Of a stretch of DNA of 64,000 bases, positions 34,940-64,000 are shown piece by piece. The notes beneath the pieces were generated by a model. That model was not told where the DNA came from. It was given only the letters and a program-made list of their open reading frames with translations, and did not search any database. Each line of letters starts with the position of its first letter. The stretch's first letter is position 1. The stretch covers positions 806,001 through 870,000 of the forward strand of contig NC_083237.1 of NCBI RefSeq assembly GCF_032191835.1, read 5' to 3'. Source of the stretch: Heteronotia binoei. Taxonomy: Eukaryota. The translations under genes were made by a program, and so were the position numbers.

Positions 34940-34945
34940 TTTATT
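34940..34945 (-). terminator. PCOLCE polyadenylation signal
   Basis: AATAAA on the minus strand about 23 nt after the PCOLCE stop (34968). Confidence 0.65.
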
Positions 34946-34967
34946 GGGGGGGGGGGCGCGGGGCGTC

Positions 34968-37900
34968 TCAGGCGCGGCTCCTGGCCGGGGGGGCGGCGGC
35001 GGCGGGGGGGCAGAGGCGCTTGCTGAAGGCGGTCAGGAGCTGCTGCTGCTGCGGCCGGAAGGGAACCACGAAGCTGCTGGGCAACAGGAGGCCCTGGCCC
35101 GCCTCTCCCGCCTGCCCCATGAAGACGTAGCTGGCACCTGCAAGGACACCGAGGACGGCAGCTCCAGAGAGGGCGCCCCCTTCAGGCCCACCCAGGCCCT
35201 GCCCCCGCCGCCCCCCAGGGGCTCTTTTTCTCCAGCTAATTTGGGGGGGGGGGGACAAGCTGGAGCTCGGGGAGAACTTCGCCCGGGCGCCACCCCGCCC
35301 TTCTGGAGCCCCACCCCGGTAGCGGAGGGGAGGAGAGGCACGCACCTTTCTTGAGGAGGGGGCACTGTCTGCAGGGCACTTCCAGGCGGAGGAGGGCGTC
35401 GCTTCCCGGGGCCGGGAGACTCAGGCTGCCCGCCTTGTAGGTGTGGCTCAGCAGGACGGTGGCGGTCACTCGCGTCCCCGCGCCTCGCATCGCCGCCTTC
35501 ACAGTCCCCGCGATCACTGCCCCAGCCCGGGGAGAGGGAGGAGAGGAGAGGGCGAAGAGGAGAGGGGAGGGGAGGAGAAGAGAGGGGAGGAGGGGGAGGA
35601 GAGGAGAGAAGAGGGAGAGGAGAGCAGAGGAGAGGGAGAAGGGAGGCGAGGGGGGAGGAGGAGAAGGGAGGGGAGGAGTGGGGAGGGGAGGGGAGGAGAA
35701 AAGAGGGAGGAGAGGAGAGGAGGGAAGGAGAGGAGGGTGCCGTCAAGGGACCGCACCGGACCCACCCACCCCCTGCCGGGATGCCCGACGGAGGAGGGGG
35801 GCCTCTCTCCTGGGGGCTGCAGCCACCCCCTCTGGCAGAATTGGGGGCGGCCCATCCCATCCCATCCATGCCTGCCCTGCCCTCCCCTGCCGCCCTAGGA
35901 GTTCAAAGGCCAGCATCTGGAGCAGCCTCCCCCCCCCGCAAGACCCCCGCACGGAGGCACAAACTCCTCACCAAAGTCGTTGGCGCAGAAGTTGCTCTGG
36001 AGGGTCCCGGTCCGGCGGCACTGCTGGGGGCACGTGACGTCACCTGCATGCGAGCAGCCCCTTAGTAGTCCCTCCAGGCCCCGCCGCCCCCCACCTCCCC
36101 CCCTCCCGCAGGGCCCTCTCTTACCGGGGCTGGGGGCGGTGGGCGCGGGGCCGCCGCTGGGCTTGGGCTTGCGGGCGGGGGGCTGCTTGGGGCGCCCGGC
36201 GGGCTTGGTGGGGGGGCTTGGGCTTGGGCGGGGCAGGCCTGGGGCCGGGCGGGGCGGGCTTGGTGCCCGGGAAGACGCGGCTGGGGGGCTTGGAAACGTC
36301 CTCGTCGCCGCCGCCGCCTTTGGCCGCCAGCTCGTTGCGGCTCTGCACCACGTAGGAGGCGGAGAAGCCGTCGGCCGTGACGCTCAGGTCCGAGACGAAC
36401 TGGACCAGCAGCTCGTTGCCCTCCGAGTAGACCGGGCTGGGGGGGGGAGAGACCGAGGAGGGCCTGAGGCCGCTTCTCCCGCCCAGGCCCCAGCCCCCCC
36501 CCCCATGCCCGGCCCGCCAGCCCCCCCACCCCTCTCCCTCCCTCCCCCCTCCTTGCCTGGGGGGGTACCTGGGCGAGAGGTCCCCGCAGAACTTGCCGAT
36601 CCGCCGCGAGTCGTCCCGGTCGGCCCCATTGAAGACGGCCACGTAGTCGTAGCGGCAGTAGGTGTCGGGCTCCACGTCGAACTTCCCGAAGGTCAAGGCG
36701 ATCACCTGCGGGGGGGGCAGAGCTGGAGTCCGCGGCCCCGCCCCCCGCCCCCCCCCCCGCCCCGCGGCCCGGAGGCAGCGGCCGCGCTTACCTTGTCCTT
36801 CGGCGCCAGGATGTGCCACGAGCAGCTGATGCCGGCCGGGTAGTCGCTCTCGGGCCAGTTGGGGGTCCTGAGGCTGCCCTGCGGCTTCTCCAGCTTCCCC
36901 CCACAGAACTGGTTCTCTGCAGCCGGCAAGGAAGAGAGCCCCGTCAGGGCATCCCCGCCCCTTCTGCCCCGGCCCGGGAGAGGACGCCCTGCGGCTGTGC
37001 AGGAAGGAGGCCGGCGGGGCAACCCGGGGCGCGCTCCCTCTCAGCCCGCACACGAAGCCGAAGGCAGCAGGAGTCCTCCGCAGGGGAGCACACTGGCCGG
37101 GAACGTGCAACTGGCTGCCCTTCCCGAGGCGCCGCCTGCAGATCCCCCCCCCCCACCGCGGGGCCTCGTTCCCGCATCCCAAGGAAGAGCCCGCGCCACG
37201 CCTCGCACACCTTCTGCCGCCGCGCGCAGCCAGGCCCCGCACAGCCCAGGCGCCAAAGAGCGCGGAGCTCCAGGCTGCCGCCCCCCCGGCCAATGGCGCT
37301 GGCCTCTTGCTTCCCCGCAGGCCTCCCTAGCTAGGCCCGCCTGGCCTGAAGGAGTCCGCTGGGCTCTTGCTTGCCCGGGCCGGGGAGCGCCAAACCAAAC
37401 CCCCGCCCGCTCCGCCCTCCTCCCTGTTGGACACCAGTGGCCGGCCGGCCTGCGGGGGGGGCTGAGCTGGCCTCTTCTGGCGGGGGTGGGGGCGCTGCTG
37501 GGCCTCTGGAGGGGGGGGGCTCAGGCCCCAAGGCAAAGAGAAGCCTGCTCAGCAAAACAGCAATTTGGACGACCACAGAGCTCTGGCTAATGACGGGCTG
37601 CGAGGAGACGGGGGGGGGGGGGTCGCCTGGCCGCGAGCAGGAGGGAGGGGGCCTTCGGGGGCCGCAACTTCACAAGCCCCGCCCTGCCCCCACCCACGGC
37701 GGCAGGGCCCGCAGCTCCCCCTAGCCTCCCCCCCCCCCACTCTGCCAAGAGCCCCCCAGTTGCAGCTATACAAACTGCAGGGGGGGCATCTCAGCAGTCC
37801 CGCCAGAAGCCCCAGGAGTTCTGCCCGGGAGAGAGACGTGGGCGCGGGGGCTGGCAGCAGCCTGAGACGGGAGGGGGCCGCCCTCCTCCTGGCCCAGGGC

Positions 37901-40174
37901 CTGGTCTCTCGCAAAGGCGAGGGAGGGGCAGGCGGCGGCTCTGGGGAGGCGACTCTCCCACGACCGAAGCAGGACGGGCCCCGGAGGGGTTTCGCCAGCC
38001 CTCGAGCCCCCCCCGCCCCCCCCGAAGCGGCGCTGGCGGCTTCTCCAGCAAAGAGGCTGGATGCGGGGCGCTCAAGGCATTCCCGGGGCAGCTGTGCAGG
38101 GGCGAGGCGGGGGGAGCCGTGAAGCGGAGCCGCCCCCTCCCTCCCCCCCCCCCCCCCGGGCTCACCGTTGACGTGCGGGAGGCCGCCGCTGAACCAGACG
38201 AGGAAGCCGCGCCCGCCGGAGCCCTCGTCGGAGACCATGCGCAGGGCCATGCGGTTGCCGGTGGAGAGGATGGCCCCGGGCCGGAAGGTGCCGCAGAAGC
38301 GGCCCAGGCGCTGCCCCTCCACCGCCTGGTGCCCGTTGTAGACGTCCAGGTAGTCGTAGCGGCAGACCGGGTCCGGCTCCAGGTCGAAGACGCGGAAGGA
38401 GAGCATCACCACCTGCCCCTCCGGCACCTGCGGCCCAAAGGGGAGCGGGCAGCGCCCGGCTGCTCAGGCTGCCCCGAGGGACCCGAAACCCCCCTCCAGA
38501 CTCCTCCCCAGCGGGGGGGCTCCCTCATTCTCAGCCCCCCCCCCCCACATCACACAACATTTTAAGACGGAGAACAAAATAAAGTGTGCTTCTCCCCTTG
38601 TGTGCAGACAAGGGGTTTTTTTTTGCCTTGTGCGTGTCCGTATTTGTGCCTCTGTGCCTGGAGGCCATGATCCAGCCTGCCTCTGCCTCCCCACTCTGGT
38701 ATTCCTGGGAGGTCGCCCATCCCAGCCGAGTCAGCCCTGCTTCGCTTGGGAGATCTGAGGCGGCCCCGGGGCTTGCAGCTGGGCCCTCATCCAGAACCTT
38801 ATCCTGGGGGGCGGCGGGGGGCTCCTTGACTCATGGGCTGCCTCCACACGGCACCAAGTTTTGCAACTCGATTTCTGCTGTTTTGCATAGGAAAACTCCA
38901 GCTGCAAAGCGCATGACTTAACGAGGTGTGGAGGCACCCATGGAAGTCATCTCAGGTCCGATGCAGCCGTGACCAGGTTCCTCTCTCTCCGCAATCTCCC
39001 TCCGGAATCGGGATTCTGCTCCTCTCTGCCGGGCTCCGGAGAGATTCCTTTAGCCCCCGCAGGCCCAGTGCAGGGATGCGCCCACAACCCTCTTGGCAGA
39101 GCGCTTCTGAGCACACACAGAGTTATCAAAGATTTCAGGTTCTCACAGCTGGTAACATCATTAGGGTTTGTAGAATCTTTCGGGCTCAAGTGCCGTGTTC
39201 TACTGGAGAAAGTTTTCCTTCCAGACAGCCAGTCTCCTTATCACTACCCTTCCAAGAAGCCCCACCAAACAATGGGCACATCCACAAACCAATTGCCCTT
39301 TCACCACACCCCCTCCAGCCTAGAAATAGCAGCTCTCCAGCAGCCCTGGCCCCACTCAATGCACAGCCAAGAAGGTCAGAGCGCCTGCTCCGGCTGCAAC
39401 GCCACTGAGGATGTTCTCCGCAGCTGAGAACGAAACGTCTGGAAGAAAAACTTTCTCCAGTAGAACACGGCACTTGAGCCCGAAAGATTCTACAAACCCT
39501 AACACACAGAGTTCTTTAGGATTCTCAGCCAGAAAAGCCAAGCAGTGCTCACAAGCGCGGTTGGAAGCGGCTGCTAGTTACCGTGATGGTCCAGGTGCAG
39601 GTCTTGCTGGGGGGGTAGTGGGCCGGGAAGCCCTCGCTGGCGATGTAGCCGGTGTCTCCGGTGTGGTCGCCCCCGCAGAGGAAGACAGGCCTGGGCAGAC
39701 AGAGGGAGAAAGCGGGAGGGAGGGAGGGAGGGGCCGGCTGGGAGGGTCCCTGCCCAGGTCTCCGCGAGAGGAGCGAAGCCTCGAGGGCCGCCCGCCCGCC
39801 CGCCCCCTCCCCTCCCCTCCTCCCGCCCAGTAGCTGGGGCCGCCCCCGCCCGCCCGCCCTTCCTTCCAAGAATTCCGGGAATCCGCTCGGCGTCTGGGCT
39901 GCTGGCAGCTGGCGCAGCTCCCGCCCCCCTAAGCCCTTCCAGATGTGCGGCGGCTGCAGCGCGGAGGGGCCCGAGGGGGCGGCCGGGGCTCTGGGCGGGG
40001 GGCTGGGGCTCCCCGGGGGCGCTGGGGCGGGGGGCTGCCGTCGGAGGAGGAGGGGGCGGCGGCGGGCGGGTACCTGGAGTGGTTGCCGGAGGGGGCAGCG
40101 GCCCGGGGGGTCTCCTGGGCCCGGCTCAGGCGCAGCAGCAGCAGCAGCAGAGGGACGAGGGCGGGCGGCTCCAT
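34968..40174 (-). CDS. PCOLCE: Procollagen C-endopeptidase enhancer 1 (signal peptide, CUB1, CUB2, NTR), spliced; 1-nt frameshift in exon 6 as assembled
   Basis: Exons 40174-40074, 39690-39582, 38427-38166, 36916-36792, 36705-36569, 36436-36125, 36043-35972, 35516-35346, 35137-34968. [45 protein letters not shown] and [12 protein letters not shown] favour PCOLCE over PCOLCE2; FBXO24/LRCH4 are neighbours as in human. Confidence 0.93.
35531..35737. repeat. About 205-bp GA-rich polypurine/polypyrimidine tract in PCOLCE intron 7
   Basis: Nearly pure G/A on the plus strand, starting about 14 nt from the exon 8 acceptor. Confidence 0.9.
39161..39502 (+). mobile_element. Penelope-like element with 66-bp inverted terminal duplication
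   Basis: 39161-39226 is the near-perfect reverse complement of 39437-39502; the interior matches 28868-29140. Confidence 0.75.
39402..39442 (+). ncRNA. Minimal type I hammerhead ribozyme motif (Penelope-associated)
   Basis: CCACTGAGGATGTTCTCCGCAGCTGAGAACGAAACGTCTGG; predicted cleavage after C39439. Confidence 0.7.
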
Positions 40175-41049
40175 CGGGGCGCTGCGCTGGGCTGGGCTGG
40201 ACGGGGCGGACGACGAGCCGGGCTCCCAGCTGCTCCTGTCTGCCTGCGCGCCGCGCCGACTGTCCAAGGCAGCTGCTGGAGGGCGGGCGCCAGGGGGGAG
40301 AGGGCGGGCGGGAGGCGGCAGCCGCCTCCAAGGGGGCGGGCGGGAGGGGAGGGGCGGGGGGGACTGGTCCCGGGCAAGGCCGCCTCCGAGCACGTGCAGA
40401 GAGCCACGGGGAGGGAACCTGCCCCACAAGCTGGGGGCCTGAACTCGCCAGTGTCCCGCTGCTCTGGCGGGGAGCCACGCCGATGTTTAGACACGCGCCG
40501 TACATTCAGACGTGCTGCGCGGACTCCCGCCCTTAGAAGCCAGCATGATCCAGCCAGGCGAACCCCGTGGGGTCGAGAAGGGCTGCCAAGTGACAGCCGA
40601 CTTCTGGGGCTCCAAGGCCTCTGCTTCCAGCCCCCGGACTTCTTCCTATCGGAGGGGGAGCCCAGGTTGCCCAACCGCAGCTCCCCGGCCTGAGCGAGGT
40701 CCGTCTTGCCTCAACTAGCGCCAGGGCCTTTTCCACATTGGCTCCAGCCTGGCGGAATCAGCTCCCCTTGGAGATCCGGGCCCTCATGGAACTGTTCCCT
40801 CACCGGGCCTTTAGTTGAGGCAGCGGGCGTCCTACTCTATCGGTGTTCCATCCATTCCATGGGCTGGCCCTATGCTGCGCTTCCATCTCTGCTGTAATAT
40901 TAAACTTTCTCTTAATCTATATAACATGTGCCCAACTGAGTCACCCCCTATAACTGTTTATTGTACTGTTTTATTGATACGTGTTTTAATTGTTATTTTT
41001 ACTGTTTTTATAACGTTGTTATCCGCCCTGAGCCCTTCCTGGGATAGGG

Positions 41050-41880
41050 CGGAATATAAATAGTCTAAATAAATGAATCAACCCGAGGGAGGGGGCTGAG
41101 GAGGTCTCCGGGCCAGTGACGCCCTCTGGAGGCGCCAGAAGCCCGCCGTTGAGCCGCAGCCTCCTCGGGGCCACCCCCACCCAGGCCGTGTCCGTCCCAG
41201 GACTGAGCAGAGGGCGCCAGCCCGCTCCAGAGGCTCCTTCCCGGCCCCAAAGCCAGGCAGGCACGACTGGGGGGAGGGAGCCCGTGGGGGGGTGCCGAGG
41301 CCCCGCTCCCGCGGCCCCCAATTCGACCGCCTTTTCCCCACTGGGGGGCGGGGCTCGCCTGGGACTGGACTCTGCAGCCGCGAGTGACGTTACTGCCGAA
41401 GGACTTCCACCAATCCTGGAGCGCGGTAGGCGGGACCTCCCGGAGATGGAACGCCGCGGGGGCGTGCGCCTGTTGGAACTCAGCCAATGGGGAGCGGCAG
41501 AGGCGGAGCCAAGGGCGGGCACTGCTGAGACCGAGGGGCGGAGCCTGGCTCGCGTGGGATCGAAGACCCGCCCCCTCCGAGGAGGGCTCCAGCCAGATTC
41601 TGCGGGGGGGGGGGAGGAAATGCAAGCGCCTGCTCTGCTTCCAGGCGTCCTTGTGGCAACGGGCCTACCTGGCAGGGCTGCTGCGGGGATCAAGAGGGGG
41701 GCCTAGTCTAGGAAGCGCCGCCCTCTTTGCTTTCAACGGGGCCGCCTCTCGCTCCCTCGGCGCGCGCAGGGAGTTTTTGCTGCCTCCCCGGCTGCACCGC
41801 CCTCCCCTCCCCTCCCGCTGGCCGGAGCCCGAGATCGCCGCGAGACTGGCCAAGGAAAAGCCCCGGGGCCGCTGAGCAGC
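41050..41880. promoter_or_regulatory. CpG-island promoter-like segment with CCAAT boxes, GC boxes and a CRE half-site
   Basis: CpG-dense; CCAAT at about 41409 and 41484, TGACGT at about 41385, GGGCGG motifs; about 1-1.7 kb upstream of the PCOLCE ATG. Confidence 0.45.
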
Positions 41881-42451
41881 CCAGCAGCCTGCTCCTCTCC
41901 TAATCAGTGTTCCCTCCGAGTTAGTGTGAGCTAGCTCAGTTTCTTAGCCTGCAGCTCACATTTTCTTAGCTCAGGAAAAATGGCCCCGGAGTAAGCGAAT
42001 TGATGCAGCCGCTCACAAGGCTCCGCAGCTGCATGGTTTTGTCTGGCCCTATTGCATGGAGCTCTTGCTCAGTGTCCAGTTTTGTATGTCAGCAGAAGCT
42101 GCTGGTGAAGAACAACGGGTGGCTCCAAGGGCACCTTCAAGACCAACAAGTTGGGTAGAGGGGCAGGCACACTTCTTCAGATAGATGCTAATAAGAACAT
42201 AAGAACAGCCATGTTGGCTCATGCCCCTCCAGTCCAAGCGTCACACAGGGGCCAAAAGCCAGGGGGCTGGAACTCCTCCCATCGTGACCCCCAAGCACCA
42301 ACCGCTGGACACAAATCTGACACCAGGAATCAGAAGACTGAGAAACCAGAAGAAAAACCTTCCAGGACATTCAATGGGTGACCTCAAAGTTTTGCTGCAA
42401 GGGAACTTCAGGAAAGGGAAGCTGTTGAATTACAAGCTATTACAACACTCA

Positions 42452-42662
42452 GGGGAGGGACAGTGGCTCAGTGGTAGAGCATCTGCTTGGTAAGCAGAAG
42501 GTCCCAGGTTCCATCCCTGGCATCGCCAAAAAAGGGTCCAGGCAAATAGGTGTGAAAAACCTCAGCTTGAGACCCTGGAGAGCCGCTGCCAGTCTGAGAA
42601 GACAAGACTGACTTCGATGGACCAAGGGTCTGATTCAGTATAAGGCAGCTTCATATGTTCAT
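42452..42662 (+). mobile_element. Full-length tRNA(Ala)-headed SINE (family A)
   Basis: Complete head, body and GGCAGCTTCATATGTTCAT tail. Confidence 0.85.
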
Positions 42663-42804
42663 ACCCCCCCACACACACACTTAACAGGGATATTGATTGC
42701 TTATCTCACTGTTGATGCTAAATTCAGCCCAGCCTAGTCTGGCCAGAGATGCTGGAGCTCCCCCCTCCCCCACAGAGCAGGAGTGACTGGTGGTTTGTGC
42801 ATGG

Positions 42805-42885
42805 GGGAGGGGCTGCTGAATTTCCTGCATTGTGCAGGGGGTTGGACTAGATGACCCTGGAGGCCCCTTCCAACTCTATTATCTT
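42805..42885 (+). mobile_element. CR1 3'-end fragment
   Basis: GGGGTTGGACTAGATGACCCTGGAGGCCCCTTCCAACTCTA. Confidence 0.7.
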
Positions 42886-43733
42886 CATGATGTTGTATGC
42901 TAATTTGCTGCTCAGCCTCTACCAAGATGTTCCACTTCCTTGTACCTGAGGAAGTGAGCGTGCGCAGGGAAGCTCCCGCCTTGACTAAAACTTGGTTGGT
43001 CTTAAAAGTGCCCCTGCGCTCAAACATCGGCCTGCAGCCTCAGACCGACATGGGGGCCCACCCGGACCTCTGCTCCAAAAACGCAGCTCGTCTCCTCTTG
43101 CAGCCGCCACCACTCCCAGCAGCAGTGAACTCACTCCCCATCTGACTGAAGGCCTGCCGGCCTTTTATCTCCCAGGCCTCCTGTGTCTCACCAATTTCAC
43201 GGAACACCCGTCCCGACCAGCTCTTCTTGCACGGTGAGCCCAACGCAGCAACCAGGGGACTGACGTGTCTTCTTGCAACCCAACAGCTGATGTTTTGAGC
43301 CCCCTTGTCTTTGGGGGCCAGACCCAAGAAGGGGCACCTCAGCGAGGATCGGAACCCAGAACCCACCGCCGAAGGAGGACATCACAAAGCTGGGACGTAC
43401 TCGCAAATCCTGTCCTGTGCTTCCCCCCTCCCCTGCGGGATGCGCCCAGGGGCTCTCCAGCACTTCTTCCAAGCCAGCCATCCCAGTCTGCTCCACTCTA
43501 CTCCAACCTTGGCCAACCCAGAGCTGAACAGACCTCCCTATTCCTGCAGGCACGGTGGGCAGGGCAGCCTGCGCCCCCAACCTCCAGGGAGAGGCCCTCG
43601 CCCACGTTGCAGAGCCCCCACCAGCTGGCCGGAGAGCCCGCCCCAGCCTTGCGCCCCGCCCTCCATTCCCCCAAGGAAGACAAGCGCGGCAGCAGCAACA
43701 GGAGAGAGCCAACCAAGGCACAGACAGGCCGCG

Positions 43734-43739
43734 TTTATT
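43734..43739 (-). terminator. Probable KIF1C polyadenylation signal
   Basis: First AATAAA I found on the minus strand downstream of the KIF1C stop (45117), implying a 3' UTR of about 1.4 kb. Confidence 0.55.
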
Positions 43740-44728
43740 GGACAGGATTCTGCAGCCCCACATGATGGGGGCAAAGTCAGAGAGGGGGAGGCGGGCAAAG
43801 GCGGCCCACCCCCACCCCTGCAGAGGAGGACACCAGAAGCACCACACACGAACCACAACCAGCCAGCGCACCTCCAAGAGCCCCTGCAAAGGGGGCAGGG
43901 CAGGAAGGACCCCCTCCCCTCCCCCCAGGGTTGCCAGCCTCCAGGAGCAGGCTGGAGGGCTCCCGGAATCATAACAGCCCCCAACCCCAGGGCCAAATCC
44001 AGGGAGGGGCAGAGGAGCACCACGGCAGGAGGGGCTGCCCAGTTGGGTATGGAGTCCATTCTAGTCCATGGGCCCATAAGATAGAATGGGTGCATAAGGG
44101 GGAGTCATTTTTTAAATGTCCCCCCCCCCCCCCGCCAAAAGAAACACATGTAGATCCGGTCCTGCCCAACCCACAGCAAAGCTGCTCCAGAAGGGGGCCC
44201 TACCCCCTCCCAACTCCCCACAGCATGTTGAAACCCAGAGATGGCAACCAGAACTCTGGGTCGATTCTCTCTCTTCTCCCCCATCCCCCCGCAAGATGGA
44301 AGCCGCAGGGCAAGCACGACTGGGGGGGGGGGGGGGCTCACCACACATCCCATCCACATGGGCAGGATCCCAACAGAGAAGAGCTGAGCACTGACGGGTG
44401 AAAGGTGCAGGCTTCCCCCCCACTGCTGTCCCCCCCCCCCCCCGCCCCGAAGTAGAAGAAGCCCCACAAAAAGCAGGGCTTTGAAGGCGGGGGGAGTATT
44501 TGGCTCCCTTCCTGGGCACAGAAAGACCTCTGCGTCTAGTCCGGCCCATCAGGGCCACACAGTGGCTGTCCCGCCCCCCCCCCAATGGGTTCTGTGCCAC
44601 CCACATACCCTCCCCCACAGCTGAGAGACACACATCAGCAGCTAGACAGCCGAGGCATCAGCCCAGGGCAGCCACACTCAGCAAGGAAAAGATGCCAGCC
44701 CCAGCAAGGGGAAACCCTGCCTCTCCCC

Positions 44729-44729
<1 letters not shown>

Positions 44730-44757
<28 letters not shown>
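44730..44757. repeat. (CA)n microsatellite in the KIF1C 3' UTR
   Basis: Directly visible. Confidence 0.9.
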
Positions 44758-44759
<2 letters not shown>

Positions 44760-45116
44760 CCAGCTAAGCCTGCCCCACCGGGGGGGGGGGCTCCAGCAGC
44801 GGCTACTACCCAGACATTATGATCGTCTCCTCCCCTTCCTGATTCCCTACGACTGCCAACACACAAGCCCTCACGACTTCCCAAGACCCACGTCTCTGAA
44901 CACTCCTCCTTCCTTCGCCCCTTGCCCCGTGTCTCCAGCTCCCTCCCTCCAACAGTCACAAGGCCTCTGCAAACTGTGCCTGCTTTCCTAACCTAATATC
45001 TTTGGTGTCCCCTCCTCCTCCTCCACCCACCATCACCCCCCTCTCCCCTCACCCCCGCCCCGCTGCCCACTGCAGGTGGCGAGGCCCAAGTCCAGCAGCA
45101 GCTGCCCCCTCCCCCC

Positions 45117-63280
<18,164 letters not shown>

Positions 63281-63396
63281 CTGCAGAGAGGAAAGCAACA
63301 AGGATGAAGAGCATGAGGCAGTTCAGATAAAAAGCCATGACTGTGCAGCTTCCCCCCTCCCAACAGTCTCAGGGGGGGCCAACCATCTGGCATGGA

Positions 63397-63750
63397 GAGC
63401 CAGTTTGGTGTAGTGGTTAAGTGCACAGACTCTTATCTGGGAGAACCGGGTTTGATTCCCCACTCCTCCACTTGCACCTGCTGGAATGGCCTTGGGTCAG
63501 CCAGAGCTCTCTTATCTGGGAGAACCGGGTTTGATTCCCCACTCCTCCACTTGCACCTGCTGGAATGGCCTTGGGTCAGCCAGAGCTATTGCAGCAGTTG
63601 TCCTTGAAAGCGCAACTGCTGGGAGAGCTCTCTCAGCCCCACCTACTTCACAGGGTGTCTGTTGTGGGGGAGGAAGGGAAAGGAGATTGTGAGCCGCTCT
63701 GAGACTCTTCGGAGTGGAGGGCGGGATATAAATCCAATATCTTCTTCTTC
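63397..63750 (+). mobile_element. Family B SINE with a tandemly duplicated B-box segment
   Basis: Block CTCTTATCTGGGAGAACCGGGTTTGATTCCCCACTCC..CAGCCAGAG occurs twice (about 63430-63505 and 63508-63585); (TTC)n tail. Confidence 0.85.
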
Positions 63751-64000
63751 ATACAAGAAGAGGAAGGGTGTGCGCTAGAGAGAGATCCAGATCACCCAAT
63801 AAAGCCTTAACTGCATCCGGGCTGCGCCCTCTCCCTCTTTTCTGTGCCAGTCTTTAAAAGGACGCACTTGGCACTTTCCCCTTCCCATCTGAGGGGTTTT
63901 GTGCTTCGCCAGAGAAGTCACAACAGAATTTTCTTTTAGCAGCCGACCAGTGCAGGAGAGAGGGCTCCGTGGTGTGGCAAGACTCACACGTGTTCCAGGT

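Noticed and set aside
34968-40174. Assignment as PCOLCE2, suggested by the adjacent PAQR9-like gene
   Set aside because: CUB-domain residues match PCOLCE, and the neighbours FBXO24 and LRCH4 are PCOLCE-locus genes.
42452-42535. tRNA genes (cloverleaf-like sequences here and at 9.3-9.8, 10.9, 21.6 and 60.2-60.9 kb)
   Set aside because: Each continues into a shared SINE body and tail, and the anticodon loops vary; they are SINE heads.

Overview
Vertebrate (very likely squamate, probably gecko; inferred from the repeat families) genomic DNA with spliced genes and two N gaps. Gene order: LRCH4 exon 1 (minus; the rest of the gene is probably left of the window), head-to-head with FBXO24 (plus, 9 supported coding exons plus a candidate first exon), then an intronless PAQR9-like membrane receptor gene (minus), PCOLCE (minus, 9 exons, with a 1-nt frameshift in a homopolymer as assembled), and KIF1C (minus, 20 coding exons; first coding exon outside the window). 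All exon boundaries were read by hand and are GT-AG and phase-consistent, except for the PCOLCE frameshift and one KIF1C acceptor that runs into an N gap. Introns carry BovB, CR1, Penelope-like, hAT-MITE and two tRNA-headed SINE families. Most notable: (1) a PAQR9 paralogue beside PCOLCE, mirroring the human PCOLCE2-PAQR9 pair, so probably a whole-genome-duplication ohnologue missing from the human 7q22 locus; (2) Penelope-type minimal hammerhead ribozymes with an intact core; (3) tandem arrays built from iterated 3' ends of retroelements, one of which supplies a KIF1C splice-acceptor pyrimidine tract; (4) 11 same-strand CCAAT boxes in the LRCH4/FBXO24 bidirectional promoter. Gene names rest on my recollection of the human proteins; no database search was run.
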